The notes beneath the pieces were generated by a model. The model searched no databases. It saw nothing but the letters and a program-made list of their open reading frames with translations, and was not told where the DNA came from. Shown piece after piece: positions 12,833 through 28,153 of a stretch of DNA of 64,000 nt (the stretch's first letter is position 1; each line of letters begins with the position of its first letter). Origin of the DNA: the human T2T-CHM13v2.0 reference genome, Homo sapiens; assembly GCF_009914755.1 (NCBI RefSeq), contig NC_060934.1. The stretch is one strand, 5' to 3'. A program made the translations under genes and the position numbers.

Positions 12833-15800
12833 GTTGTAAGGAGACTGAATTCCTTTCACATCAGAAAGGAGGCGTTTTGAAGTTTAAAGGCAGTGAACTT
12901 TTTGGTTAGGTAATGCTTGCTAGAAATGTTTAAGAATGGCTTGTTCCAGAGTGGAATCTTAGGTCGGGTAAAGAATTGGGCTCTGAAGTCCCTTTAAATG
13001 TTACAATTCTATGATCCCAGTAGCGCCACAGGATAGATGGTATTTACTTTGGTCCACACACTAAGAAAGATTACAATGATCATGATGCCCAAGGAGTCAG
13101 CTCATCAGGTCACCATGAAGGTAGCTCTGATTTGATTAATCCAATAGCTGATTTAAATGTGTCTGAAACTTGGGCTACAGATAGAGCACAGCTTTTATTT
13201 CCAATGACTCTGCATGTTAGTTTTGCTTACAGTATATACTCAGAAGTTTTTATGTGAATTATGTACAATTTAAATATGGAAAGGGTGGGAGAAATGTCTC
13301 ATATTTATCTTGTATCCTTTTCTAGAACCAAGTAGTATTCTGGGCACAAAATAGATACCTAACAAGTGTTGGTCAATTTATACTTGTTGACTATTGATTA
13401 TTGATTGATACTTATTGTTGGTTGGAACCTCAAAGACAGTGGCTAAGCACATAGGACTGTGGCACTAGCACATCCTAATGAGCTTGTTTATGTACCTGCC
13501 TCTCTGCTTTAAATGGATGCCTTTTCCCAGTTTAGTAGAGATCGTATTCTTATTTCTTCTAGCATCAGAAAGCTTCCTCCTTGCTCTCAGGCACATTGGG
13601 TTTTCACAGGCATTCTTAGTGTCCAACTCAGGAAAGATGCTCATTACAGTTCAGGAATGAATATGCATAAGAAGGACTTTATTGTCTCCTGGATCAAGTT
13701 TATTCAAGTCTATACTTCACATAGGGCTTGTGAGACTGTGAGAGGGGATGCTGGAGGAATGGGACTACAAATAAGTGTTTTTGGATCTCAGTCCCTGAAA
13801 GCAGGCTTCAGAGGGCAACTTTCTGATGCTGATGACTTCCTAGGATGGTAACACCTGTATTTTCACAGCAGAGAAAACATAGCAAACTCAAATTTGGTTA
13901 ATGGGATACAATCAGGGCATCTTCAGCTTTCAAAACCAAGTATAACCCTGGAAACACAATTTTACTTGTCCTGTTAATCATTCTCAATTCTCCTCTGGCT
14001 GCGGGCATCTCTAGTGCTGGGAAGTGAGACCATCTTGGCTGCTCTCTGCACAGCAATCGTTGCACCAAAAGGCAATGATTTTTAATTCTCCCTTAGCACA
14101 GTTTAGCACTGGCTGGTAGAAGCAGGCAGCCTTTTGCCGAGGGTGACGCTGTGCTGGTAGGCGGTGCAGCTGCTGCCCCCCTAAGGAACAGAGCAGGAGA
14201 GAGCTTAGCACAGGTCCGCAGCTATCCTGCTAAAGCTGTATATGAGGGGTGGTGGATCACCAAGGTCAGTTAAGATCTTTCTCTCTCTCTCTCGATCTGA
14301 GGTTTTACAAAAGATACATCTAACAATTGTGAAAAACTAAATAGCCTGAATGCACCTCAATACATCAGTTCTCAAAATACCTTGCAAAGGTATCTTTTAT
14401 GATGCCTGTCATTATCATAATCACCACCCTTCTTATTTTTAAAATTCTTTTTTAAAATTTGACCACCATTATTATTAAGTGTTAATATAATGACAATAAT
14501 ATTAAGGAACTGTTGACAAGCACTGAAGCCACATTTAACTGGCCTCGTTTTGTTATAATTAAATGGATTCCCTAAGGGGCAATTGAGGAATAGCATGTCC
14601 CCGGATGATCTTGTCTGTCCCCAAAATAGGCATTTTGGTAAATTAATTTACAGAGTGGTTATTTGAGCCAAAATTTGAGACAGATCACTTGTTGGGCTGA
14701 CTACATATTTGCTTTTGCTCCCAGTAGGGTTGATATTAGGTAGATGTAATGTAAAACTCAAGTTGGGGCTTCTTAATGTGGTAAAAATTACAGTGATTTA
14801 GCCTTTATGCTACTTTCAATTTGCCAGCCATATTTTATGGGCATACTAGTGGAATACACCCTGTTGGCTGTAGGTTAAAAGCATATTTTATTAATTAGAG
14901 CCCTATAATAAATAAATCACTAGTTTTTATCGCATGTGAGTCCACTCTTGATTCAGAAAGTTTGGCATCTGGCTCTGATTATGCCTCATGGGAAGGCTAT
15001 GGAAGTTCCTCCAACCCTCCTTTCTTCACCTGTTTAGGGAGAATTACAGTGGAAATTTTACTTCTGCAGAGAAAAGTTAAGAAGAGGGATTGGTCATTGT
15101 AAACAGAGTTATACAAAATGACTACAGCAAGCTGGACAAATATGCGTGGCATCAGGATCCTGGGAGAATCTTTGATGCTTGCAAAATTTTGCTCTTTCTT
15201 TTTGCTCTTTCTATTTGGGGAAAAATGTCAAACTATAAGCCTCCTCAAATTCTTTGTGGAACAAAAAAGAGTATACATAAGTATATATATATTATATAGA
15301 GAGAAAACTTGAAAAAATATTATTTTGGGGAGGTCTGATTATAGTAATAAGTTATATTTTATAGACTGACTTTATTTGTCCTGTGTTCAAATGCAAACTG
15401 ATGATCAGCATATAATAGATTCTATTTGGCAGCTCCAGGGCAGGAGCTTGGATCTGTGACCTTTAGGCTCATTTGACCTCTGTGTGCTTCAGATTACCTG
15501 TCCACAAACTGCGGTGGGGGATGATCATGGGTTGTGGGAAATGGTTCTTTGTTTGAAGCTTGTGTCAGTGTGCTTGTGGATCTCAAGATGAAAAGATCTA
15601 TTGTTATTTTGAAGACGGAGGACAGGCTATTTTCCTGACTAGGCTGGAGAAAGCCTTAGGAACTTGAGTCTCCTGATACACAAGAATACGCAATAGCAAG
15701 AGCCTAAGAAGCGTCTCCCCCACCCTTCCCTTATTTACTAACCGAACGTCTATTGAGCATTGCTAAATGCCAGCCTCTGTGCAACACTGCCATAACCTGG

Positions 15801-16070
15801 AGAGGCTCCTAGCCTGATTTATGCAGCCTCAAGATGGGAGGGGCAGAAACGTGACTTGTGGATGTGTGATGAGACTTCATCCGATCGTAATGCAACAAAT
15901 GTTTTATCAGGCATTTTGCTAGGCACTGGAAGTTCAGAAATGACTAAGGGATCTCTATTCGAAGAGCTTAAGATTTGGTCAGGGGGACAAGAAGGACACC
16001 TAAGCCGAACACCAAGTGTGGTGACCTCTGAGACAGGAACACGAACCAAGCGCAATGGTCACTAAGTCCA

Positions 16071-16089
16071 CAACCTCAAGGGGGCGCTC
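16071..16089 (+). promoter_or_regulatory. Candidate CTCF site
   Basis: CAACCTCAAGGGGGCGCTC closely matches the CTCF core CCASYAGRKGGCRS; local CpG retention. Confidence 0.55.
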
Positions 16090-16148
16090 CCGAGTGCCCT
16101 TCCCCATTTCTTTAGTCCATCTACTCGCCCAGTCTCTTAAACCACTAT

Positions 16149-16446
16149 CTTTTTTTTTTTTTTCTTTTTTAACAGAGTCTTGCTCTATCGCCAGGCTGGA
16201 GTGCTGTGGCATGATCTCAGCTCACTGCAACCTCCACTCCCTGGTTCAAGCGATTCTCCTGCCTCAGCCTCCCGAGTATCTGGGATTACAGGCACGTGCC
16301 ACCACACCCAGCTAACTTTTGTATTTTTAGTAGAGACGGGGTTTCACTTTGTTGGCCAGGATGGTTTCCATCTCCTGACCTCGTGATCCACCGGCCTCCG
16401 CCTCCCAAAGTGCTGGGAATACAGGCGTGAGCCACCGCGCCCGGCC
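16149..16446 (-). mobile_element. AluSc-like SINE
   Basis: TCGCCAGG and GGATGG...CCTCGTGATCC diagnostics; TTAAACC(A/T)CTAT flanks. Confidence 0.93.
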
Positions 16447-16943
16447 TTAAACCTCTATTTTACAGTATCTCCTCTTTCACCCAACACGTTAGCTCTGGTG
16501 ACCTCGGTCCCTAATCCGTTAAGAAAATAAAAACAATTCAAAAGGAACTTTCCAGTGTCTCCCCTGAAACTATTACCCTCCCAAAAGCACACTCTGTGTA
16601 GACAAAAGGCTCACCTGTTCCTCTTTCAGCCTGAGGTCAATCCCCACGGTGCACTAGGTCCCATTCCCTCTGATCTGCACACGAATGTCACTTCCGCACC
16701 TCTCTCCAGCACTGGCACGTTTCTCTCCCTTCTAATGGATGATGCCCATTATTACCAAACTTGCTGAAATAGCTCTTGTCTAAAAAATTCCTTCCATTGA
16801 CCCCACTCCGCTTCCCTGCATTTCTTTGTAGCAAAACTCTTTGAAAGCATCTTTTACATTCACTGCCTTTACTTTCTACCATCTCATTTTTTTTCTTGAA
16901 CTAATTCTATCAGGATTTGTCTCCACTACTCAACCAAGAAGTG

Positions 16944-17660
16944 CTTGGGTATACATCCAAAGGAAATGAAATCAGCATGCCGAAAAGTTATCTGTACTGT
17001 TATGTTTATTGCAGCATTATTCACAATAGTTAATATGGAATCAACCTAAGTGTCTATCTATGGATAAATGGATAAAGGAAATGTGATATATGAATACAAT
17101 GAAATACTATTCAGCCATAAAAAAGAATGAAATCTTGTCATTTGCAACAATGTGGATGAACCTGGAGGACATTAAGTGAAATAAGGCAGGCACGGAAAGA
17201 CAAATACCACATGATCTCACTCGTATGTGGAACTTAAAAAAGTAGATCTCTTAAAAGTGAAGAGGAAAATGACGCTTATCAGAAGCATGTTTGGTTAGTG
17301 GGGAGGGAATATAGGGAGATGTTGGTCAAAGGATATCTAATTACAGTTAGGTAGAAGGAATAAAATAATATGTCCAGAATAGGCCAATATCTAGAGAGAG
17401 GCAATAGATGAGTGATTGCCTGGGGCTGGGGGCTAGAGGGATGAGGATGGGTGGGTCAGTGGAGAGGAGTGAGAATGACTATCAATGGTTATGGATTCTC
17501 TTTTTAATGTGATGAAAATGTTCTAAAATTGACTGCGGTGGCAGTTGTACAACACTGAACATACGAGGAACCATTGGATTATATGCTTTAAGTGGATGAA
17601 TGTTATGATATGTAAATTATATTACACTAACACTGTTTAAAAAATATAAATAAATAAAAA
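16944..17660 (+). mobile_element. Old L1 3' fragments (L1MA-like then L1MB-like)
   Basis: ORF2 end/3'UTR text (TTTATTGCAGCATTATTCACAATAG; GGATGAACCTGGAGGACATT) followed by an L1MB-type terminus. Confidence 0.82.
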
Positions 17661-18237
17661 GACACACTGAAAAGAAAAACACAGCTTTTGCCACGGTTAT
17701 TAAGGACCTTCATGCTGCTAAATTCAATGGTCAGTTCTTTGTTCTCTTCTGACTTAACAAACCTATCAGCCCATTTTACACAGTTGAACCTCTTCTTGAA
17801 ACATTTGCTTCACATTGGTCTATGAGACCACCTTCAGTTTCTCTTTATTAACCCAACCCTTAAATATTGGAGTCTCCTGGGTCTCAGTCCTTTGATCTCT
17901 GTTTTAAGTATATTCACTCCCTGAGGGATTTCATTCAATCTTATGGCTTTAACTACCTGTAGAACCTGACAACTTCTCATATTTATAACTCTAAACTGGA
18001 CCTCCCTTCTAAACTTCAGACTTCATATCTAACTGCCCAGTCCTTATGTCCACTAGGATGTCTAATAGATACCTCAAATATGTCATGCAAAAAAAATGGA
18101 CTGATTCTCCTTTCTCCCACCTCAACCTGCTCCTCCCAGTCTTCTTTTCAGTCAATGATACCTTCATTCTCCATGTTAATCTAACAAAGAGGTTTGGAGT
18201 CATCCTTTACTCCTAATTTTTTAAAATGAATTAATTA

Positions 18238-18533
<296 letters not shown>

Positions 18534-18540
18534 TTAATTA

Positions 18541-18841
<301 letters not shown>

Positions 18842-18962
18842 AAATTGATTAATTACTCTAAAAATTGGTGTATAATTAGATGTACATATTTTTAGGGTAC
18901 ATGTGGTAACTCGTTACATTCACATGTTTTATCATTTACTCTTTTATTTCACCCTACATCCA

Positions 18963-19739
18963 CAGATGGTCCCTAGCTTACAATGATTTGACTTATAATT
19001 TTCTGACTTTATGGTGGTGCAAGACTGTGAATTTTGATATTTTCCCAGGCTAGTAATATGTGGTACAATAACCTGTCATGATCCTGAGCAGCAACAGTGA
19101 ACCGCAGCTCCCAGTTAGCCACGTGATTACCAACAACTGACGGTGGATTGAGTTGCCAGATGATTTTGTAGGTGAACGTGTTCCATGTGAGTGTTCTGAG
19201 CACGTTTCAGGTGGGCTAAGCTATGCTATGATGCTCGCTATGTTAGGTGTCTTAAATGCATTTTTGACTTCCAATATTTTCAGCTTACCATGGGTTTATC
19301 TTGATAAAAGAAAAGCTTTAGCCATATTAAATTTAAAGGAGCTTAATTGAGAAACGAACGATTCATGAATCAGGCAGGCTCCCACGCCAGAGTAGCTCTG
19401 AGACTCCAGTGCAGCCACGTGGTGGAAGAAGATTTATGGACAGAGAAAGGAAAGTGACCAACAGAAAACGGAAGTGAGGTGCAGAAACAGCTGGATTGGT
19501 TACAGCTCTGCGTTTGCCTTATTTGAACATGGCTCGAACAGTTGGCTACATTTGATTGGCCAAAACTGAGCGATTGGCACAAGAGTAGGCTACAGTCTGT
19601 TTACACCTCCGCTTGCTATAGTTCATGATGTACAGAGAAACCTTTAGGCTGAACTTAAAATATGTAAGGAGGCAGCTTTAGGCTAAACTTGATTTGACAA
19701 TCTGGACATAACCACCCTATAACAATCGAGGAGAACCTG
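18963..19739 (-). mobile_element. MER47 (Tigger5-derived) DNA transposon interrupted by MER57
   Basis: Terminal CAGATGGTCCC...CTTACAAT and TCGAGGAGAACCTG-TA; internal GTGTTCTGAGCACGTTT...AAATGCATTTTTGACTT matches recalled MER47. Confidence 0.75.
19302..19699 (-). mobile_element. MER57-family (ERV1) solo LTR
   Basis: TG...CA termini; 4-bp TSD ATCT (19298-19301, 19700-19703); minus strand starts TGTCAAATCAAGTTTAGCCTAAAGCTGCCTCCTTACAT. Confidence 0.85.
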
Positions 19740-20272
19740 TATTAGCAAAAATCTCTCAGCTTTATCTTTATCAGCACATCTGTAGTCTGACACTTTTCAT
19801 CATCGCTACCCTTCTCTCTATTTAAGCCAACAACATTTCTGTAGCATTGAAGTAACTTCCTTCTTAACTGGCAACTGCATGTCCACTGTTGCCCCCTCTT
19901 CCAACTGTTCTGCATAGAGTAATTCTCTTACATAAATTTGATCATGTTACTCTTCTGCTCAAAGCACTCCAAAAAGCTCTCATTTCACTCCAAAAAAAAA
20001 AAAAAAAAGCCAAAAGCCAAAGTCTGTTGTCTGTTCTGCAAGTCTCTCTCATATCTGCAGTCCCTCACCCCCATTTCCCTCCTCACCTCATCTCCTGCCA
20101 TTCTCTCCCTTGTTCACTCCACTCTGTTCACTGCCCTCATGTCAAGTGAGTTCTCACCTCCAGAGAAAGATGCGCTGTTGCACGTAGTGTTTCCTCTGCC
20201 CTGAATGTTCTTTACCAGACATATTGCATGATTCACTCTGTCACTTGCTCCATGTTTCTGCTCAATCTCACA

Positions 20273-20575
<303 letters not shown>

Positions 20576-21094
20576 TCAATCTCACCTCTTAATGAAGTCT
20601 TCCCTGATCAGCCTAATTTAAGTCACAATGCTCCCATTCTACCTTGTCTCCTTTAGAGACTTAACTTTTCTCTATACCACTTAACTGGTCTCTGACAAAT
20701 ATTGGGAGCAAGTGAGGCAATCTGATTTAAATTCACAAGGTCACTGTGAAGTTATGTGTCAGGGATTGATGGCCCGATGGTGCTTGAGGAAGAGTGGAAA
20801 AGTGGAGGCTGAGGACACCTTAGGAGACTCACACAATTGTCCAGGATAATGTCCATTAAAAGCTTGACATAGAGCATAGTTTTAACTTTCTATGTCCAGC
20901 AAATGAATAGCTCTGCTGAAGGCTAACAGCTACATTCCCAGCCAAAACAGTTAGCTACTGGAGGTGTGGAAGCCCAGGCTGCAGTCAAGGGGCATTGGGC
21001 TAACCCACCACCCTGGCAGGCAAGCCTGGAATGGTGGGGCCAAGGTTAGGGGTGAGCTTGGTTCTTCTGGTTGGGTCTGAGATGGTGGTGTTGA

Positions 21095-21464
<370 letters not shown>

Positions 21465-21936
21465 TGCTCTGGCATATTTTAGAACAGGGGCAAGCACTGG
21501 ATCCTGGGTTGGATGGGTCCATAGGCTGATTCAATATGATGTTTTGTACTTTCTTGTGAACTCTATGTTTCATTTCATGCTTCATGTTTCTAAATTATGA
21601 GTGAACCAGTTTACAGTTCTTTGGGCAATATCTGGTTAGTATCTCCCACTTCCATGGCAAATTGCCACATAACAATCGATCACTTGTCTGTCTTGATGAG
21701 TGACACTGATTACCACTGTAGAATTGACCTGTCGTGCTGCACGGATCCCCCAAATGGCTGAAATTGTTGGCCCAGATGGACACAGCCTCAGCCATTTCTA
21801 AAAATTCAGTTAGAGTTTCAAGTCTCTGAAAAAAAATTATATTTGATGCTTGCTACATTTCCACCAGGAAAATTAAATTTAATAAAAAGGAAAGCAACTG
21901 AAAAAATTAGAAAGTCATTCCACATGTCAATCCCAG

Positions 21937-22269
21937 TTCCTTCCTTCCTTCCTCCCTCCCTTCCTTCCTTCCTTCCTTTCTTCCCTCTTTCTCTCTCTCT
22001 CTTTCTCTGCAATGTCACCTAGGCTGGAGTGCAGTGGGATACTCATGTCTCACTGCAGCCTCTGACGTTCTGGGCTTAAGTGATCCTCCCACCTTAGCCT
22101 CCTGAGTAGCTGGGACTGCTAGCCACACCCAGCTAATTTTTGTATTTTTTCTAGAGACCAGGTCTCTTTTTGTTGCCCAGATTGGTCTTGGATTCTTAGA
22201 CTCAAGTAATCCTCCTGCCTGGGCCTCCTAAAGTACTAGGATTATAGGCATGAGCCACCGTGCCCAGCT
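21937..22269 (-). mobile_element. AluJ-type SINE with (TTCC)n/(TC)n tail
   Basis: Diverged antisense Alu preceded by a pyrimidine microsatellite. Confidence 0.88.
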
Positions 22270-23139
22270 CCAATTTCTTTATAGGAAGTAAAACCTTCAC
22301 CAGCAAAAAAAAAAAAAAAGAAAAAAATATAAGAAAAAGAAAAAAGTAAACATGATTTAGAGAGAATAGTTACGTTTTTCTCAGCGTGGTAAAACTGAAA
22401 TTTGTGTCAACACATTTGAACCTAACTGTGTTTTTCTGTAGTAAAATGATGACTAAGTGGTGGATTTGAAATATTATCACCAGTTTAACATCTTTTTCTT
22501 GTTCTAACTTTTCTTGAAGTCAGTGCGAGACCGCCTTCCACTTTAACCTCACTTAGTCAAAGACCACCTCTCAGTTTTCCTTTTTTTTGTTTCCTCCTCT
22601 AACTTCTTGGTTTTGACAGTTTTCCCCCGCAGGAAAGGGGACTGAAAGGAAATTCAGTGGTTAAAGTGCTGGGTAGGTGGTGGATGTATTCTTACGGCTC
22701 TTAACTGCCTTTTCTTTCTTTGGATTAACTTGGCTTTAAAATTTTAATTTTAGCTTGGCTTAGAAAACTGGCCTTTCAATATCACATATTGTTTTCATTG
22801 TCTTCTGTCTGTTTTCTTTTTATTCAGACAAAATATCTCATTCATAGAGGAAATATTTAAAGTGAGATGACGTTTCTCCCAACCCCTTCCTTTTCTTATG
22901 CTTCTATCCTTCCTATATGTGCCTGAAATATTGGAAACAAAATGCAGTTCTGGGCCTGTGATGTGCCTTTCACTACGGCTGAATAAGGGAAAACCTACCT
23001 GATTGTTTCCTGCTGAGAAGGCTGCAGGGTTTCAGAGGAGGCGTCGGCTCTCAGGAAAATATTTCTCTTGAAAATATTCCATAAACATCCAGGAAGCACT
23101 CAAGCCCCAGCCAGCCTACACAGCGCCGTGGCCAAGTGC

Positions 23140-23345
23140 TGGGCTCAGAAGCCAGGAGGCTAGGTTTGAAGCATGGCTCTGTGACTCACCAGCAGTGTAA
23201 CTTCAGGCCTGTTACTTGCCCTCTCTGTGTGCCTCAGCTTTCTAACCTGTAAAACGGCAGTAATAGTACCTACTAAATGACATTGCTGTGAAGGTTGAGT
23301 TAATACATGTGATGTCCCTATGCCAGACACACCTTGTGGGGAACA
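23140..23345 (+). mobile_element. MIR relic
   Basis: GTTACTTGCCCTCTCTGTGTGCCTCAGCTTTCTAACCTGTAAAACGG MIR core. Confidence 0.75.
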
Positions 23346-23451
23346 TTCACAACTATCATTCCACTACGTTTCTGCCCCAGCATCGCACCTGTGGTCCTCC
23401 ATGGCTTTGCTACTTCTTTCTAGTTCCAAATATAATTTCTCCTCTTTTTAA

Positions 23452-23671
23452 TTCTTTCTTTTCTATTTTTTTTCTTTTTTTTTAGATAGGGTCTCGCTCT
23501 GTAGCCCAGGCTAGAGTGCAGTGGCACATCATAGCTCACTGCATTCTCAAATTCCTGGGCTCATCTTCCCACCTCAGTCTCTTGAGGCCAGGAACTCCTG
23601 GCCTCAAGCAATCCTCCTGCCTTGGCTTCCCAAAGTGCTGGGATTATAGGCGTGAGCCACTGTGCCTGGTT
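23452..23671 (-). mobile_element. AluJ with large internal deletion
   Basis: Right-arm end joined directly to left-arm start. Confidence 0.85.
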
Positions 23672-24918
23672 ATTTCTCCTTTTCGCCTTCCTGCTGTTCT
23701 CCATCTGTGAGTCAGAATCCTCCTTTCCTTTTGGTGAATCCTTTTTTCCCTCTTCATTCTCTTAATGTGCTGTCTCATTCCTCTATTTCCTTATCCCTGA
23801 GAATGGCAGTCTGGATTACCACCGATTGTTATTTCCAGTTCTCTCTATGTATCATGTTCTGCCTGTTGGACCAGACTTTTTTTTCCCCAGCACCTGGTGC
23901 TGGCTCTGTTTCACCATGACTGCTCCACCCCAGGTGACATGTCCCGCTCTGAGTGGTGGCCTCTCCTGGGCTGCCCTGCCATGCGGTATGGAACTGAGCC
24001 ATGATTGGTGGTATGTAAGACACAGTGTTACCCACTCCCTCTCCTGCCACTCCTTTCCATACAAAATTATTTATTCCTTCTCTGAATCTTTGGTTAATCA
24101 CTTGGCAAATCCCTTTCCTTAGCACTTATTCTTGTATTAGTTATTTGCCAATCCTTTCTGCATAGATTATAAATTTCACGAGGGCGCAGACTTTGTCTTA
24201 AATTCAATGTTCCTCTAAATATCTCAAATATTGTGGATACCAGAAATTATATGACATATTTAAACCTTCCTTTCTGGGAATGTTTGACTTTGTGGGCCAG
24301 CATAATATCCTACTGCTTTTGTAATCAATCTGGAGCCCAAATATTCATTGTCGACTTTCAACGTGACCCCGAGAATCTGCCCATTGAATTTTGGTATGTA
24401 TCAAAACTAAGGTTGTAATAATTCTCTACTGAAACTGTCACACTTTGAACTCCTCAATTTAACACTAAGCCAAAGATGGAAAAAAAAATAAAGGAGTGAA
24501 GCAGTGATGGTTCAAGTGTTGGGAAATTGGATTATTAAATAAAAGTGAAAGGAATTGGAATTGTTTACATAAAAAGAAAAGACTATTGAGAAGTAAGTTA
24601 GCTCCACTGAACTCAAAAAGTGTTGCAATATAGAGAACTTTGGACAAAAGCCACTATATTTATTGAAGACAAGTAGAGAAGTTTGCTTAAATTACAGAAG
24701 GAGGAATTAAAGTTAATTATAAAGCCACATATTAGCAGGAAGTGATGATAATAACTTGCATATGTTGCTGGTGGACTGGAAACAGCTTAGCTTCCTCAGA
24801 TGGCATATGTACAATGTAGAGGCCCAGCTCTCTGAAATAGTTTAAGAGCAGTATTCCTCAAGGCAGCAGAAGAGAAAAAGTACATTTTGGATGTCCCTTT
24901 CCATCCCATTTTCTTTGA

Positions 24919-25358
<440 letters not shown>

Positions 25359-26522
25359 ACCTGGAGTATTCTTGACAGTGCTCTCACTTCTGGAGGAACT
25401 GCTCAGCCACCAAAGGTGTACAAGTTGTTGGGTTTTATGTTTTAACACCTTACTGGTAACACTTACCTTACTAAGAATATTTATTCTAAGGAATAATTTC
25501 CAGAGTAATTTTAAAATAATTACTTCCTCTACTCCTAGACCTCTCCCCCTTTAAACCAACCAACCAGCCAAGCAACCAACCAACCAAAAACGTATCCAGA
25601 CCTTTGATGATTACTGCGATAAATACAGAAACATAACAATAAGTTGTTTAGATGAAAATGGTTACAAAGAACCAAAACAAAATACTGAGTAAGTCTTATT
25701 AAAACAAAGCCTGAAGTTGACATATTTTCTATTTTGGCTGTGGGTGATTTTCCTAACTCTCTTCTTAGAATGTTACATTATTTTACACATGGGCTATTGG
25801 GCTAACATCATGACATAAGCTATGTTTGAGACCTGTAACTTGTCGATAATTAATTAGCTTAGGTTTCAACTCTAAGGAAGAGATGAGTGGCAATGAATAG
25901 TGTTTTGTTTGTTTTGGTTCATTCTAAGGCTTAGTCAGTTAGTGTTTCAGCTCCTTGAACATAGACGCTGATGACATAATTATTTGTATTCTCCACACTA
26001 ATGAGGACAAAATGTTTCTCAATGGACACTCAGGTAGCAAAGCTAAAAATGGGAATGTCTCTAATAATATACAGGATGTGTTTTAATGTTTCTCTGTGAT
26101 GCCTAAGAGTTTTGATTATAGGAGTGGGAAAAATACAAATGTCATAGGGTTCTTAGAGGGGCATTGTGGTGAAAATTACAATTTAACATAGGCTAAAATA
26201 GGCCAATTATGTTAGAAGACATAGAATATATTTCTGGAAAGCTAATGACAAAGAAAAGCTTAAAAGTCAAGAAAGCAGATGGTAAAAGGAGCAGAGTTGA
26301 GAAGCCTCTTCTGGAGGGAGTGCTGGGTGTTCCCCTCTAGGATACCAAGCCAGACCACACACTTTCTGCTTGGAACAATTTTTGGGATGAGGCTATCTGG
26401 AGCCAGTCAGGTGCCAGGGTGTCCTCACGAGGAGAAAGCAAAGACACTGTGGGATCTTCTTTCAGAGTGTCCTTCTCCCCTGTACACCCCAGCAAAAAAC
26501 AAATCAGTTCCCTTAAAAGCTA

Positions 26523-27054
<532 letters not shown>

Positions 27055-27564
27055 CTATCTGCTTATTGTCAGAAATGCCTCCAATGAAGCTTAAAATCTT
27101 TGAATTCCATGGCTAGAAATTAAAGGCAGATGTCTGGCTGAGGGAGTTCTTTGACACCATTGATGATGAAATGTCATGAATGAATGAATTCATTACACGT
27201 GGAAATGATCAGTGTCTTTTTCCTATTTTTGTTGCATTAGTAGTTAATATAAAGTGTAAGAAGAAAACATGGCCATGGCAGTGAGGCTGGAAAGGCCAGG
27301 TAACAGCTTAACATCTTTCTCTGTAGTCGGTTCACCTACTCTTCACCTGGAAGCCTCTCGTGGCAGCGCATTGCTGGCCAGCTGCACGTACATAAAGATT
27401 GTAGAGCATTTCCACTGAGCTGGCGTTCAGTCTCTCCTGCAACTTGTGATGTTTCATTTTATGTGGCTAACTCCATTGTGGAGGAGTTTCAATTGCAGAG
27501 GATTTACTCGTTAGGGCGTTGCTAGATTCACTAACACCAGTGGGCTCCCTCCTATATGTGTATT

Positions 27565-27693
27565 TCTAAAGTAGATACAGGGGTCTTGCTGGGTCTTGTG
27601 CCCAGGCTGGTCTCAAATTCCTGGGCTCAAGTGATCATCCTGCCTTGGCTTCCAAAAGCGTTGGGATTACAGGCATGAGCTACCTTGCCCAGT
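27565..27693 (-). mobile_element. FLAM / Alu left monomer
   Basis: Single antisense left arm. Confidence 0.82.
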
Positions 27694-27844
27694 CGTCCTT
27701 ATCTTACTGACTTCCAGGTTTTCCTTCCTACATAGCATGAAACAGTGTAGGAACAGAGCTATGTGAGTTGGACAAGGAAACACAGCCATTTAAGGTCAGG
27801 CTGGGACTCAGGTCCAGGTACCTGAATTACCCCTGCACTCCTAA

Positions 27845-28153
<309 letters not shown>

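Noticed and set aside
14170-14190. Possible CTCF motif CTGCCCCCCTAAGG
   Set aside because: An extra C shifts the register and gives mismatches at informative positions.
21595-21797. Minus-strand exon starting at TTTTTAG/AAATGGCT (ORF MAEAVSIW...)
   Set aside because: No convincing donor and no recognisable peptide in any frame.
22633-22672. 40-nt exon-like segment encoding ERGLKGNS, collagen-like
   Set aside because: The Gly-X-Y pattern breaks almost immediately and the length is not frame-preserving.
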